Shown: piece by piece, positions 10,305 to 20,788 of the stretch | Layout: each line of letters begins with the position of its first letter | Numbering within the stretch: position 1 is the first letter of the stretch | Virus record (IMG/VR): IMGVR_UViG_3300033069_001711 | Span: 1 to 64,000 of that record | Strand: one strand, 5' to 3' | Length of the DNA: 64,000 nucleotides | From: a virus | Taxonomy: Duplodnaviria > Caudoviricetes | Made by a program: the position numbers and the translations under genes | Notes under the pieces: generated by a model | Told to the model about the DNA's origin: nothing | Databases searched by the model: none | The model's input: the letters and a program-made list of their open reading frames with translations, nothing else

Positions 10305-13300
10305 TTAGACCTCTTCCTGGCCATATGTTTCGATCGTAATGAAGTACTTGTCAGAAATTAGATCGCCTTGATTTTTGTCTCGATCACGGTATCTAAAATT
10401 GTTGATGTTAGACTCTGGCTGACCTGAATTAACAGACGTTTGCTTTTGTCCTGACGACATCATTGAAGCTCTTAATTTGGATGAACTTGAGAGATCAGAC
10501 GGAACTATGTCACCATGATTGATCAACAATTCTAAAGCCTGACGTCCATAAGGTGTTGAAATAGTCTTCTCAACATCGAGTTCAAAATTATGAGGATCAA
10601 CCACAACATTAAAAACACGATCAAATGCTTTAGGAGTCATGACTCTACGTTCTAGAGCAAGAACTGATGATGCCGTTGTCAAAGTCTTTGCCATTCCAGC
10701 TGCGGGACGAAATCCATCGTAAGCTAACATCGTATTACGCGGACTCAAAAGAGATAACTTAGCGCCTAAACCTTGTGCAGGCGTTTGAAATTCAATCGAT
10801 CGAGTTACCGCGGCAGCAGATGACATTGATTTAAAAACAGATGCAGCATTGACAGACCCGGCAACACCGGCTGCATTACTCAATGAAACTTTGGATATAT
10901 TTGCAACACCAGGTCTCTTTGAGGCTGAAGATGTCGATGAAAATAAGATTCCTCCAGAAGGTGGATTAACGCTAGGCTTAAATGTGCCGGCGTGATTTGA
11001 ACTCTGATCAACGATCAGTTGCATTGAATGTTCAGCTAATGTCTTGACAAAGTCATTTTCAATCGTGTCAGGAACTTCTGACATGTCATAGTTGTACTCT
11101 GCAACGTTGATGCCAGTCATCAATTTGATGTAAATTTCTAACAATTGACTGGTAACGTGATTTTTCAAAATTTCAGACTTTTCAGTTGAAGATAGAAAAT
11201 CATATGAAGATTCATTGAACGCTTGGCGCGCGCCTCGAACTCCAGCTTTAGACGTCAAGTTAGTAGAAGCGTATTCGATGCCAGCTGAAGAATATGTTCC
11301 ACCAGACGTAGTGGTTGGATCATTTCCAAAATTATGAGTCGGAATTGCATAAACAACATCATTCAAAGAAGGTCTTGCAGGTAAACTTAGCCACAAAGCA
11401 GTGTTAGGCCTGACTGGGAATCGTGACAACTCAAACAAGAATTGTTGAGGTTTATACACGATATCTGAATTCTGAAGATCAACTTTGTACACGCTAATTC
11501 GAACAATGTCAGCTTGTTTATTGGCAAACGCAGAAGACGTTTGTGACTTTATGTCAACCTTTTGTTTCAAGCGTTGACAAAATCCCAAAGGAATTCCTAC
11601 TGTCAAAATTCGATTGTTAGAACCTCGTTTTGAAGCAAATTGTGGCGCGCCGAAGAGGCCATAAAGTGCTTCTTTGGCATTCGGAGGTACGACCGATTCA
11701 TCTAAAACAACAATGGCATCAGCGTTTGCAGAACCTTCATGATACGATCCATTATCGTCTGAAGACGAAGAAGATGTCTTACTCGCGGCCTCTAAGCTTT
11801 CGATAGTTGAAGCTAACATCATGATCTGCTGTTCGCTGATCAACATTCGAATCATGTCTTTGTTATTTTGTAATACATCAGCGATTTGCTTCAATTTGGT
11901 CTTTGAATCACTGCTATTGAGGTAGCTACTGACGCCCCTAAGAGAACCAGAAAGATTACGCAAAGAATTAATGACCGTCAATAACAATTGTTGTGATGTT
12001 TTTGCCTCAGATGACACCCGTTGTAAAAGCTGTTTGTATGAAGTGTTGTGATTAGTCGACATTGCATTAATCGCAAACACATCCATTCCTTTTGACAACG
12101 ATGATACACTAGAGTGAGAACCTACAAGTGTCTGATTGCTGTATTTTGCAATCATTGCAATCACAAAATCAAACGCTAACATCATAACAACTGTGTCTAG
12201 ATACCCACCGTAACGAGTGAATTCATCTTGAATTGCAGTCGTATTCAACCTAAATTGAGCAATGACAGAACTCATGAATTGTTCGACAATTGTCGACATT
12301 TCAGTGCCGGTTTTCAAAGCATGCTTGATGTTATCGCGAGTGGCAGCAGCTGCATTCATATTTGAAGCTGCTTTCTGCACAACTAGTTGTAAGGTCGCGC
12401 GATTGTCAGAAGCAGATGTCGCTGCCGCGGCGACAATCTTTTCAATGAGATCATCAACTAAAGGAGTATTATCAGCTTTTTCACGTGAAGCAAAGAATGG
12501 CACATTCTTGTTATAGTTACGCGAAATCTTGCTCAAAGTGTACAAAAACAACATAGTCTTGATGTTATTGTCAGTTCTGGCTTTCGTGTAGATAGCTGAC
12601 AATTTATCGTCTGTTGAGACACGTTGAGGCGCGCCAGTTCTGATGTTGATCAGCTTGCTTGCTACTTCGTTAATCGTATCGTATGACGTTGTTAAAAATC
12701 CACTATTTTGTTTTCGACTAGCACCATTGAGTTCAGCATTTGGCATTGAAGGCGTTGAAAACAAATTAAGACCATCGATGATGATGTTCAGTTGTTTTAG
12801 CTGATCATCCATCTGCACCACCAGTTGGTCTAACGTTGTCGTGTTAAATTTGTCTCCTTCGGTATTCAATACTCGATCGATGAAAAATTCGCCACCCGGC
12901 GTCAATGTTCCTGTGTCACCTTCAACATACTTTGTTTCAAATGTTAGAATGCCTAGGCCTTCTTCTTGATTGAGACCAATGCTATTTTGCGCTATTGATG
13001 CAAGTGATTTATCTTGAGTTGCTGGAAAATCAGTAATGTTGTTGCCAAAATTTCCAAAGACGGCGTCCAACATAGTTGTATTGCCGTTTAACGTAACATT
13101 GTAGCCGTAAAAATTCTGTAATGATGTGACAACGGCAGTTTTTGAAAGGCCTACAGAATAACGAAATTCTTGAGTCAACGTATGTGCCAATGCTGCCAAA
13201 CGTGCTTCTTCATTTTTGAAGAAAACGTTCTGATACATGCTAACAAAAACAGGACTCAACAAATTGAGCGTCTTTGAAGAATTTGCAACTTCAAGATTGA

Positions 13301-14465
13301 TCAATTCGGTCAAAGATGGTAACTGTGGTAAATTCTTTGACAAAGAAAAATAGTTGGTCGCTGGAGGCAAAAGAACTGTCGGATTATTGTCACCGCGTTG
13401 TCGAATAGGATCGATATCGATCAATTTCAATGAGTGATTTTTGAGCATGCTCTTCAACTCTGAGAGCAATTGCAACCATATCTTTGTAGAAGAAAAAATG
13501 TGTTTGACAGCATCAACGCTGTAACCTACATCAGTCAAAGAATCAACGCAATCAAAAGTTGATCGCATACCATCACTAATAGATGAGAGATTGATCCTAT
13601 TGAGAGTTGACAGACGTGCAGAACTGTTGTTCTGAGAATAACGTTGTTCGACGTACTGTGCTACTTCTTGAGGATTGACAACGTAAAGACCATGACGAAG
13701 GTCTAGTTGCTTTTTTTGTGCATCAAGAATTCGAACCAGGTTCAAAAGAAAAGAAGAATGACCTTTGAGTTGTGTCAGTGACTGCATAAAATCATTAGAA
13801 CGATTAACGAACTGTTGATTTAAACCTGGATATCGTCGTCTGATAGAGCTTACAGATGATTGCATGTTCCATGATGTCAAATTGCGCATCTGAATTTGTG
13901 AATCGCAATACCGACCAGCGTCAGTCATGTAAGGATTCATAGCATAATCAGTAATAGCGCTATCGCTTTGAACAGAAACAAAATTTGATTCGTTATCGAA
14001 CAAAGGAACAACGTTGGTCAACATCACAATTTCAGGTCGCTCGTGCGCAATTCCTGTCAACTGCTCAAAAGGTTGAAATTTAGTCGTAGTTGTCGCAAAT
14101 GTTTGATTGATACGAGGATCAAAAACTTGACCGGCATCAAGTGACAAGGCATGCGTCGGCATCAATCTTACATTGCCGTTGTACATCGGCATGATAAGCG
14201 AAACTTTATTGGACGAAATTGAGTCAGAGAGTCTTCCCAAAGAAGGTCTAGAAACTTTGAGTGTTGACACACTAGACAAATCATTTGATTTCAACAGCAC
14301 CGGAGAAGAGAGCATTGCCTGTGAAGCCGGTAAAGGAGTCTTCACATTAACTGCAGAAGTCTGTTGTTGAATCAAAAATTGATTGCTGCTTGCTGTGGCA
14401 GGTTGGACAGAAACGTTCGCAAGCTTTGCAAAGCTGTCATTGTTTGTTCGTAGTGTATTAATCAT
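10305..14465 (-). CDS. Large Ser/Thr/Asn-rich hypothetical, probably virion protein (1386 aa)
   Basis: Longest ORF in the window; abuts both neighbours; no enzyme motif. Confidence 0.55.
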   Translation of the reverse strand: MINTLRTNNDSFAKLANVSVQPATASSNQFLIQQQTSAVNVKTPLPASQAMLSSPVLLKSNDLSSVSTLKVSRPSLGRLSDSISSNKVSLIMPMYNGNVRLMPTHALSLDAGQVFDPRINQTFATTTTKFQPFEQLTGIAHERPEIVMLTNVVPLFDNESNFVSVQSDSAITDYAMNPYMTDAGRYCDSQIQMRNLTSWNMQSSVSSIRRRYPGLNQQFVNRSNDFMQSLTQLKGHSSFLLNLVRILDAQKKQLDLRHGLYVVNPQEVAQYVEQRYSQNNSSARLSTLNRINLSSISDGMRSTFDCVDSLTDVGYSVDAVKHIFSSTKIWLQLLSELKSMLKNHSLKLIDIDPIRQRGDNNPTVLLPPATNYFSLSKNLPQLPSLTELINLEVANSSKTLNLLSPVFVSMYQNVFFKNEEARLAALAHTLTQEFRYSVGLSKTAVVTSLQNFYGYNVTLNGNTTMLDAVFGNFGNNITDFPATQDKSLASIAQNSIGLNQEEGLGILTFETKYVEGDTGTLTPGGEFFIDRVLNTEGDKFNTTTLDQLVVQMDDQLKQLNIIIDGLNLFSTPSMPNAELNGASRKQNSGFLTTSYDTINEVASKLINIRTGAPQRVSTDDKLSAIYTKARTDNNIKTMLFLYTLSKISRNYNKNVPFFASREKADNTPLVDDLIEKIVAAAATSASDNRATLQLVVQKAASNMNAAAATRDNIKHALKTGTEMSTIVEQFMSSVIAQFRLNTTAIQDEFTRYGGYLDTVVMMLAFDFVIAMIAKYSNQTLVGSHSSVSSLSKGMDVFAINAMSTNHNTSYKQLLQRVSSEAKTSQQLLLTVINSLRNLSGSLRGVSSYLNSSDSKTKLKQIADVLQNNKDMIRMLISEQQIMMLASTIESLEAASKTSSSSSDDNGSYHEGSANADAIVVLDESVVPPNAKEALYGLFGAPQFASKRGSNNRILTVGIPLGFCQRLKQKVDIKSQTSSAFANKQADIVRISVYKVDLQNSDIVYKPQQFLFELSRFPVRPNTALWLSLPARPSLNDVVYAIPTHNFGNDPTTTSGGTYSSAGIEYASTNLTSKAGVRGARQAFNESSYDFLSSTEKSEILKNHVTSQLLEIYIKLMTGINVAEYNYDMSEVPDTIENDFVKTLAEHSMQLIVDQSSNHAGTFKPSVNPPSGGILFSSTSSASKRPGVANISKVSLSNAAGVAGSVNAASVFKSMSSAAAVTRSIEFQTPAQGLGAKLSLLSPRNTMLAYDGFRPAAGMAKTLTTASSVLALERRVMTPKAFDRVFNVVVDPHNFELDVEKTISTPYGRQALELLINHGDIVPSDLSSSSKLRASMMSSGQKQTSVNSGQPESNINNFRYRDRDKNQGDLISDKYFITIETYGQEEV

Positions 14466-16936
14466 TTTGACTCTACGATAAGTGTATTCGTCATCGCCGC
14501 GGGACCCTCTTTGTAATCATTCATGATCGGAATGATGACATATTTCAATGCCCCGGCATCACGATTTTGGACTTTGTGTAAATATTGACAACTTCCATAC
14601 TCAAACTCTCCATGAGTTTTGCCAAGAAGCGTTCGCATGCCATGAATTTCTTTGAAAATCAAAAAATGATCAATCCGGTGAACGTTACCAAGAATTTTCC
14701 AAGACACAAGGTTCAAATATCGATCAAAAATAGCAGCTTCTGGATCGATGATCTTTGCGGCATCTTCATCAAATGAAACCTCGATATTGACCGGTGAACC
14801 TATGATGCCATATGCCATCGGATCTTTGCCATAACGTTTCTTTGCACCTGCAGAAGAAACCAGCACGCCTCTGTCCAATGTCAAGGGATGCAAAAATTTT
14901 GCAGGTGACCATCGATACGGTTTTTTGGTGACAGAGTCAATGGATTCTTTGACAAATGAATCAAACATCGTTTCCGGAGCACGCAACAATGGGTAAATTT
15001 CATAACGATATCGATGACCGTATTGCAATTGGCCAATAGATTGATTTTTTCTAAGTACAGAATCATTAAAATCAGCTTGTGTCAATACACCGAATGAATC
15101 GACATGACCCGTATTTAGATCAATACGTTTGACACTATGCGCAATGAGATTTTGAAGTTGATCGCGTTGCGTCAATATGTCATCTGTAAAGTACGACAAT
15201 AAACCTTGTCGCTCAAGCATGCGTTTGACCGCGTCGATGTCTGTATCAATAGTTCGAGTGTTGATATTGAATGATACGTTAGGAACATTCGAATCATGGT
15301 CAACTGTTAGATCTGTGACTCGAACATCGACAGTTCCAGGGGAAGGTTTGATAAACTCAACAATTGTCTTGCCGTATACTTCAACATTTCCATCGACGTA
15401 AATAAGTCGAACACTGTATCCGTATGTCACACCGGGCGTCACGCCACTGTCAATTGTAGAGACTAAGTCTAGACGTCTAACGTCATCACTAATGAATCCA
15501 ATTTCTTCATTGATGACCGTGTACTCTTTTTCAAAAGAAGTCAAGTTGAGTCGTAAAAATTGAACAGCGACGACCTTGGGAGGAATGCGACGAATTTCAA
15601 GTTTGACACCGTTATCAACTTGATCAGCTACTAATGATACCGCTCTAGGAGGAGTGTATCTGGCTGGCTTTAAAGCCACATTAGAATATTCGAATCCCAT
15701 CATTGATTGGAGACCCCTAGAGATGACTCGATAAATAATGGGTGATGATCTAGGTTGATCAACTTGGACCAATAGACTTTGATCCGTAGACTTTAAGTCA
15801 TAAGTTCCAATCAAAGTGTAATCTTCAATTTCAGGCGAAGCAATCCAGATGGATTTTTTGTAGACCAGGACTTCTGTCGCGCCAGGGTCAACTTGCTTGA
15901 TTTCCAAATTCACTCGAGTTGAAATATCAGAACCAGTTGCTTTGACACGAGGGGGAACTTTAGGGGTATAGTAAATTCTGACATGTTGTGATATGTCAAG
16001 AACTTTAGTAACCGTATCGATCGGCAAAGAACTCTCTGAGTCGATGAGATCAAATTTGACAAAAACCTGAGTAACATCGCCGCCGCTTTGCGTCAATTTT
16101 CGTCGTGGAATAGTGATTTTTACCGGAACAGCTACATAATCACTCGACAAATTTTGCAATACCGTGACGAGCTCGCCGTCAACTACTTGATTGGTCAGTG
16201 TAGGAGGTAAGCTGTAAATCGGAGGAAACAAATAGTGATTGAGTAATCTAGACGCTGGGTCTGTATTCAATTCCACACCTCCCATGATGGTTGTCAAGCC
16301 ACCTTTTGTCTCTTGTTCTGATGACGTTCGAGATGACAAATTGATCACGTGTGAAGGATCTAATCCTTGTCTATTGATCATGTCTAACATCAACTGTTGA
16401 GGGTCTTCATTGAAAGAAGCAGTCAATGCATGATTGACATCTGGAACTGCCATGGAATTAGCGATTCGATGTAAAATTGGTTGGACGTCATTGGCGTCTT
16501 TCGTGCTGCCAGCAGTCGCCAACATCAATCCAGGACGATTCAATGATCCAATTTGACTGATCGGCATGCGCGAACTCAGTTGAGCCACGATGTCATTACT
16601 AACATAAGCAGTGATATCACTCTCTCGCTGTGCCAACACATACTGACTTTGCGTAATGGTAGCCATCTTAGCGTCTTGAACCGCTGATCGAATGTTATTG
16701 ACCAGAGACGCAGAATTTGACTTAACCTGAGTGTTTGTCAATAAGGATTTTTTGACAATTTGTCGTGATTCAACACTGACCAAGACTCGCGTTGCCTTAC
16801 GTGAGATGGCTTCTTTTTGTGAAACAACATAGATGAACTCAAATTCAAGATCATCATTCTCTAGAACTGTTTTGAGATGAGCAAAATTCTCATCAACCTG
16901 CAACAATTGACCCGCTTTTTGAAACCTAAAATACAT
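14462..16936 (-). CDS. Probable virion protein with tandem FN3/Ig-like domains (824 aa)
   Basis: TPKVPPRV...VLVYKK...YRVISR and TPPRAVSL...GVTYGYSVRL beta-sandwich patterns. Confidence 0.5.
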   Translation of the reverse strand: MYFRFQKAGQLLQVDENFAHLKTVLENDDLEFEFIYVVSQKEAISRKATRVLVSVESRQIVKKSLLTNTQVKSNSASLVNNIRSAVQDAKMATITQSQYVLAQRESDITAYVSNDIVAQLSSRMPISQIGSLNRPGLMLATAGSTKDANDVQPILHRIANSMAVPDVNHALTASFNEDPQQLMLDMINRQGLDPSHVINLSSRTSSEQETKGGLTTIMGGVELNTDPASRLLNHYLFPPIYSLPPTLTNQVVDGELVTVLQNLSSDYVAVPVKITIPRRKLTQSGGDVTQVFVKFDLIDSESSLPIDTVTKVLDISQHVRIYYTPKVPPRVKATGSDISTRVNLEIKQVDPGATEVLVYKKSIWIASPEIEDYTLIGTYDLKSTDQSLLVQVDQPRSSPIIYRVISRGLQSMMGFEYSNVALKPARYTPPRAVSLVADQVDNGVKLEIRRIPPKVVAVQFLRLNLTSFEKEYTVINEEIGFISDDVRRLDLVSTIDSGVTPGVTYGYSVRLIYVDGNVEVYGKTIVEFIKPSPGTVDVRVTDLTVDHDSNVPNVSFNINTRTIDTDIDAVKRMLERQGLLSYFTDDILTQRDQLQNLIAHSVKRIDLNTGHVDSFGVLTQADFNDSVLRKNQSIGQLQYGHRYRYEIYPLLRAPETMFDSFVKESIDSVTKKPYRWSPAKFLHPLTLDRGVLVSSAGAKKRYGKDPMAYGIIGSPVNIEVSFDEDAAKIIDPEAAIFDRYLNLVSWKILGNVHRIDHFLIFKEIHGMRTLLGKTHGEFEYGSCQYLHKVQNRDAGALKYVIIPIMNDYKEGPAAMTNTLIVESK

Positions 16937-16944
16937 GTTTCAGT

Positions 16945-17952
16945 TCACTCAAAGACAAGGGTAAAAAGGTGTAAAAACGTATCAGTGCCTTTGTCATCTA
17001 CGACAACTTTTCCTACAAAGAAAATTTGAGAAACTGGGGCGTTGGGATTACCAGTGGTGAAAGTTCCAAATTCGACTACATCGAGTTTTTTCAGAACGTT
17101 TCTTGTTTTTTCAAAGAATTGTCCAATCAAACGATTGTCGCGCGATGTTGGATCAATGTTAATGGTTCTCATATACCCAAGTTGAGTGTAGTAATTCAAC
17201 TCAGACATTACTTGTGCATATGACAAACCACCCACGTGGGTCCTTCCCCATGGGGTATAACATCCAAAATTTCTATCTTTGAATGCACGAGGATCACTCT
17301 TGTCAAGAGATTGATCGCTCAATTTATTGATAGGCGGCAAGTACTTGAAATTTGGAAGACTACTAAAACGAGGATCACTAAAGATGCTATCAGTTGACCC
17401 TACGTGAGCAGTATGTTGATTTGGATCACTAATCGGTCGATCATTTGTGATCACAAATTCAACTTGATCTGGGCCCAAACCAAATTCTTCATCCTCAAAA
17501 ATTTTGTCTTTTGTGGCGATCAGGTACAATTTTTTGAAATTTTCTAATGAAGAAGCTAACAAAGTGTTAGCAACTGAAGCAAAATTGCTGCCAGTCAAAG
17601 ATGAAACACTTTGTGAAGAACCTTCAATAACAGAACCCGTCGTTGCCGAAAAAGAGTATTCTAGAATGCGACCGCCGGCGACTTGAACGCCGTCACTATT
17701 CCTAAAAGGCAACAAATTTCCGTCATCATCTGCTCGAAAAACAATATCATCTTGCGGCAGTTGACACGATTCAAGATACAGTCGTTTTGTCGCGTCTTGA
17801 CTGCCGCTGATAAGATCTGGTCTGTAAAAACCGGCAGCGTCAGTAAAACTGACATATTGAACATCAATGCCACCAAGGGCTAGTTGGCGACGGCCTTCTG
17901 TGGTGATCACTGTGTCAAGAACACGTGATTTGCTATCAAGGATACCAGACAT
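16945..17952 (-). CDS. Probable virion structural protein, N-terminus paralogous to 7074..7790
   Basis: GILDSKSRVLDTVITTEGRRQLA versus GFLDSSTNNVILDAVLTDVGRQFLA. Confidence 0.5.
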   Translation of the reverse strand: MSGILDSKSRVLDTVITTEGRRQLALGGIDVQYVSFTDAAGFYRPDLISGSQDATKRLYLESCQLPQDDIVFRADDDGNLLPFRNSDGVQVAGGRILEYSFSATTGSVIEGSSQSVSSLTGSNFASVANTLLASSLENFKKLYLIATKDKIFEDEEFGLGPDQVEFVITNDRPISDPNQHTAHVGSTDSIFSDPRFSSLPNFKYLPPINKLSDQSLDKSDPRAFKDRNFGCYTPWGRTHVGGLSYAQVMSELNYYTQLGYMRTINIDPTSRDNRLIGQFFEKTRNVLKKLDVVEFGTFTTGNPNAPVSQIFFVGKVVVDDKGTDTFLHLFTLVFE

Positions 17953-18008
17953 TCTACTGTGACAAATATAACACAGCTAGAATCTCATGGCTGACTCATG
18001 TCAATGAA

Positions 18009-19031
18009 TCAAACAGAATCTGCACGTCTTGCTTTGAAATATGAACCAGATGCAACTGAGAGTGCATTTGAAGTAAGAGTGGCCGGTGCAGTACCAATGT
18101 TAATAGTTCCCGCACTTGAACCCACTTTCACAGTTCCGACAATTCGAACAGGAGAATGAGCTCCTGCGGTCAAACCAAAACCTTGTGTTGAAAGTGTATT
18201 GCCAGCAAATAAGATGCCTTGAACAAGAGAACTGGTGTTGGCGCCAATAGACGTAATTACGGCATCGACATTGCTGCCTGTAGGCGCCATGACAGCAAAC
18301 CTTGCGCCAGCGGCATTAGTCGGACGAAAAGTTCCAATAAATTCGAATTCCCAAATTTCAGATGCATTGACAGAAAATCCAATTCCAGTAATGACCTGAG
18401 CGCCTGTCAAACCATTAGCAGTAGAAGAACCTGACAATGAAAAGAACGTAGAGTTCAATCGCTGTGATACGACTGCGGTGTCTGTCGTTAAAGAATTTCT
18501 GCCATCAAATACTTGAACTCCCGTTGCTGCACCGGCAATGAAGAGACCATACCCGTTAATGTACGTTTGAAAACTGTAATTGCCAAACGTTGTTACAGCA
18601 CTAGAACCGTTGACAGTAATGACGGGATAATCACTACCGCCACTGTCAACGGCCATTATCACCTTATCGCCAAGTAACGGATTGATGAAAATTCTTGATG
18701 AACCTGAAAGATACAGATTCTGACTAGCTACGCTCCAAAATGAACTGCTGACAGCTGTCAATGCAGTTATGGTACCGCTAGTTGCAGATACTGTTCCGGA
18801 AACAGTTAAAGCGCCGGTTACCTTATTGAAGGTAAGTCCGGAGTTTCCACCGATAGAACCGGAATCATTAAAAAGAACATGTGTATTCAAGCCAGGCGAA
18901 ACAGCAGACGCAAAAAGATTAGCTACAGTAATTCTCTTGGTCGTCGGGCCGGTCAGATCTACGATTGGAATGATGTCAGTCGATGCTGCAGCTGACGTGG
19001 ATGGTAAACTAGTGATCTTAATGTTCGTCAT
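18009..19031 (-). CDS. Tail fibre/spike-like protein (340 aa)
   Basis: N-terminal IKITSLP...TDIIPIVD...TKRITVANL fibre-attachment-type motif; Gly/Ser/Thr-rich body; jelly-roll-like C-terminus. Confidence 0.55.
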   Translation of the reverse strand: MTNIKITSLPSTSAAASTDIIPIVDLTGPTTKRITVANLFASAVSPGLNTHVLFNDSGSIGGNSGLTFNKVTGALTVSGTVSATSGTITALTAVSSSFWSVASQNLYLSGSSRIFINPLLGDKVIMAVDSGGSDYPVITVNGSSAVTTFGNYSFQTYINGYGLFIAGAATGVQVFDGRNSLTTDTAVVSQRLNSTFFSLSGSSTANGLTGAQVITGIGFSVNASEIWEFEFIGTFRPTNAAGARFAVMAPTGSNVDAVITSIGANTSSLVQGILFAGNTLSTQGFGLTAGAHSPVRIVGTVKVGSSAGTINIGTAPATLTSNALSVASGSYFKARRADSV

Positions 19032-19037
19032 GTCTAA

Positions 19038-19310
19038 TCATCCCAATTGTTCTGTGATCAATTGATCACTACCTTCTGTCACCAAAAAACTACCATCCTC
19101 TGACAACATCGGTTGTTCTGCCGGCGGTGTCAGAGGAATTATGCGCATCATGACAGGTTGAGATCTTACGGACGAATACGATTTTCGAAATCTCGTCAAA
19201 TCACGTTCTGTGTCTAATGATCTAGTAGTCGTTGGTACAAGAACAGGTGACTGTCTCGAATATGAATACGTTTTTTTGAATCTGGTTAGATCTTGAATGC
19301 GCCGACTCAT
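19038..19310 (-). CDS. Small protein with internal duplication, probable fibre-associated adaptor (90 aa)
   Basis: DLTRFKKTYSYSRQSPV / DLTRFRKSYSSVRSQPV repeat; C-terminal LSEDGSFLVTEGSDQLITE. Confidence 0.5.
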   Translation of the reverse strand: MSRRIQDLTRFKKTYSYSRQSPVLVPTTTRSLDTERDLTRFRKSYSSVRSQPVMMRIIPLTPPAEQPMLSEDGSFLVTEGSDQLITEQLG

Positions 19311-19322
19311 CTTATGTTGGAC

Positions 19323-19330
19323 TTAAATAG
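19323..19330 (-). promoter_or_regulatory. Candidate phage late promoter CTATTTAA
   Basis: 12 nt upstream of the first gene of the structural block; the same octamer precedes other genes (see findings). Confidence 0.4.
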
Positions 19331-19366
19331 TCCTTCCCAAACAAGTCGGCCCCACGATCATCAGTA

Positions 19367-20788
19367 TTAGAGAATCTTAGAGGCGAGAGTAGCAAGCTCT
19401 GATCTTTCGCCTTTCAACAACGTAACGTGACCGGCGATCGGATAGTCTTTAAATTTCTCCACCGCATACGAAAGACCGTTAGTAAAAACGTCAACATGAA
19501 CATTGTCAATTTGTTCAATGTCGCCTGTCAAGACAATCTTTGTGTTATCACCAACACGAGTAATGATTGTCTTCAATTCATGCATTGACAAATTTTGCGC
19601 TTCATCAATGACAATGAAAGCATTTGGGATCGATCGACCACGAATGAAAGTGATGGCCTCGATCTCAATCAAGCCTTTTTCTTGCATTATTTGCAAGTAG
19701 ACATCGTCTGACTTAATTCCGACAGGAGGTCCACCACCTGGACGTGTTTTCTTTGGACGATTTCTGCGACTGTCCATTAGAAAGTTCAAATTATCTCTAA
19801 CGGGAGCGATCCATGGTTCCATTTTTTCTTGCATGGTTCCTGGGAGGAATCCGATATCCTTGCCCACGGGCTGAACAGGACGGGTGACGATAAGTTTATC
19901 GTATTTTGCCATGTTCGAATCACCTAAACCCTTGAGTTGTTCAAGAGCTGCGGCAAGAGCAAGCAATGTCTTGCCCGTTCCACTGGGTCCGACCAATGTC
20001 AGTAATTTGATGTTTTCGTCAAACAACAAATCTAAAGAAAATGACTGCTCTTTATTTCGAGGTTTCAAACCATATGCATGCTCAATCTTAGCGATGGGTA
20101 CCAATGGTTGTTTAGGATCAGTACATTTAGCAATTGCAGATTTGACAGTCTGACCGTCTACTACATTTTTGAGAACCACGATCTGATTGGGGTAAAGTTG
20201 CTGGCCTTTGAGGACCTGATCAGGCAACTCGACCTTTCCGTTGAGGTAGAAATAATCTACTAGTTCTTCGCCAACCTCAATTACCTCAACACCACGAAAA
20301 AACTTCTGTGGGTCATCTGCTACACGCAACTTGAGATAATCTTCGCACTTGATGCCCAAGCTATCGCACTTGATTCGAACGTTAATGTCTTTTGAAACTA
20401 ACGTGGCATCTTTGTAATTCAGAGCAAATGCAATAATCAAATTATCCGGTTTGTCTGATTGAAGATCTGTAGGGATCTTCTTAGACCATGACGGATCATT
20501 GGCTACCACCGACAATGTACCGCCTTCCTTAAGTTGGATTCCTTGAATCAGGCTGCCACGAACTCTCAAGTTATCGAGAGTTCGAGTAATCTGTCGAGCG
20601 TTTTTTCCAACCTCGTCCGGACGACTCTTGTGACGATCAAGCTCTTCAAGAACAACCATCGGAATGATTACATTGTGTTCTTCAAAAGAAAAGATCGAAT
20701 TCGGATCGCTCAGCAGAACGTTAGTGTCTAGGACAAATGTTCTCTTGTCGGTCATGACCTTTTCTTTCTTCATCTGGATGCGCTTCAT
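19367..20788 (-). CDS. phoH: PIN-PhoH (PhoH2/YlaK-like) protein
   Basis: PIN FVLDTNVLL...VVLEELD...DNLII; Walker A GPSGTGKT; RGRS, IDEAQN, GDIEQID. Start moved from 20884 to 20788 (or 20755) to avoid overlap with the divergent gene. Confidence 0.9.
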   Translation of the reverse strand: MKRIQMKKEKVMTDKRTFVLDTNVLLSDPNSIFSFEEHNVIIPMVVLEELDRHKSRPDEVGKNARQITRTLDNLRVRGSLIQGIQLKEGGTLSVVANDPSWSKKIPTDLQSDKPDNLIIAFALNYKDATLVSKDINVRIKCDSLGIKCEDYLKLRVADDPQKFFRGVEVIEVGEELVDYFYLNGKVELPDQVLKGQQLYPNQIVVLKNVVDGQTVKSAIAKCTDPKQPLVPIAKIEHAYGLKPRNKEQSFSLDLLFDENIKLLTLVGPSGTGKTLLALAAALEQLKGLGDSNMAKYDKLIVTRPVQPVGKDIGFLPGTMQEKMEPWIAPVRDNLNFLMDSRRNRPKKTRPGGGPPVGIKSDDVYLQIMQEKGLIEIEAITFIRGRSIPNAFIVIDEAQNLSMHELKTIITRVGDNTKIVLTGDIEQIDNVHVDVFTNGLSYAVEKFKDYPIAGHVTLLKGERSELATLASKIL

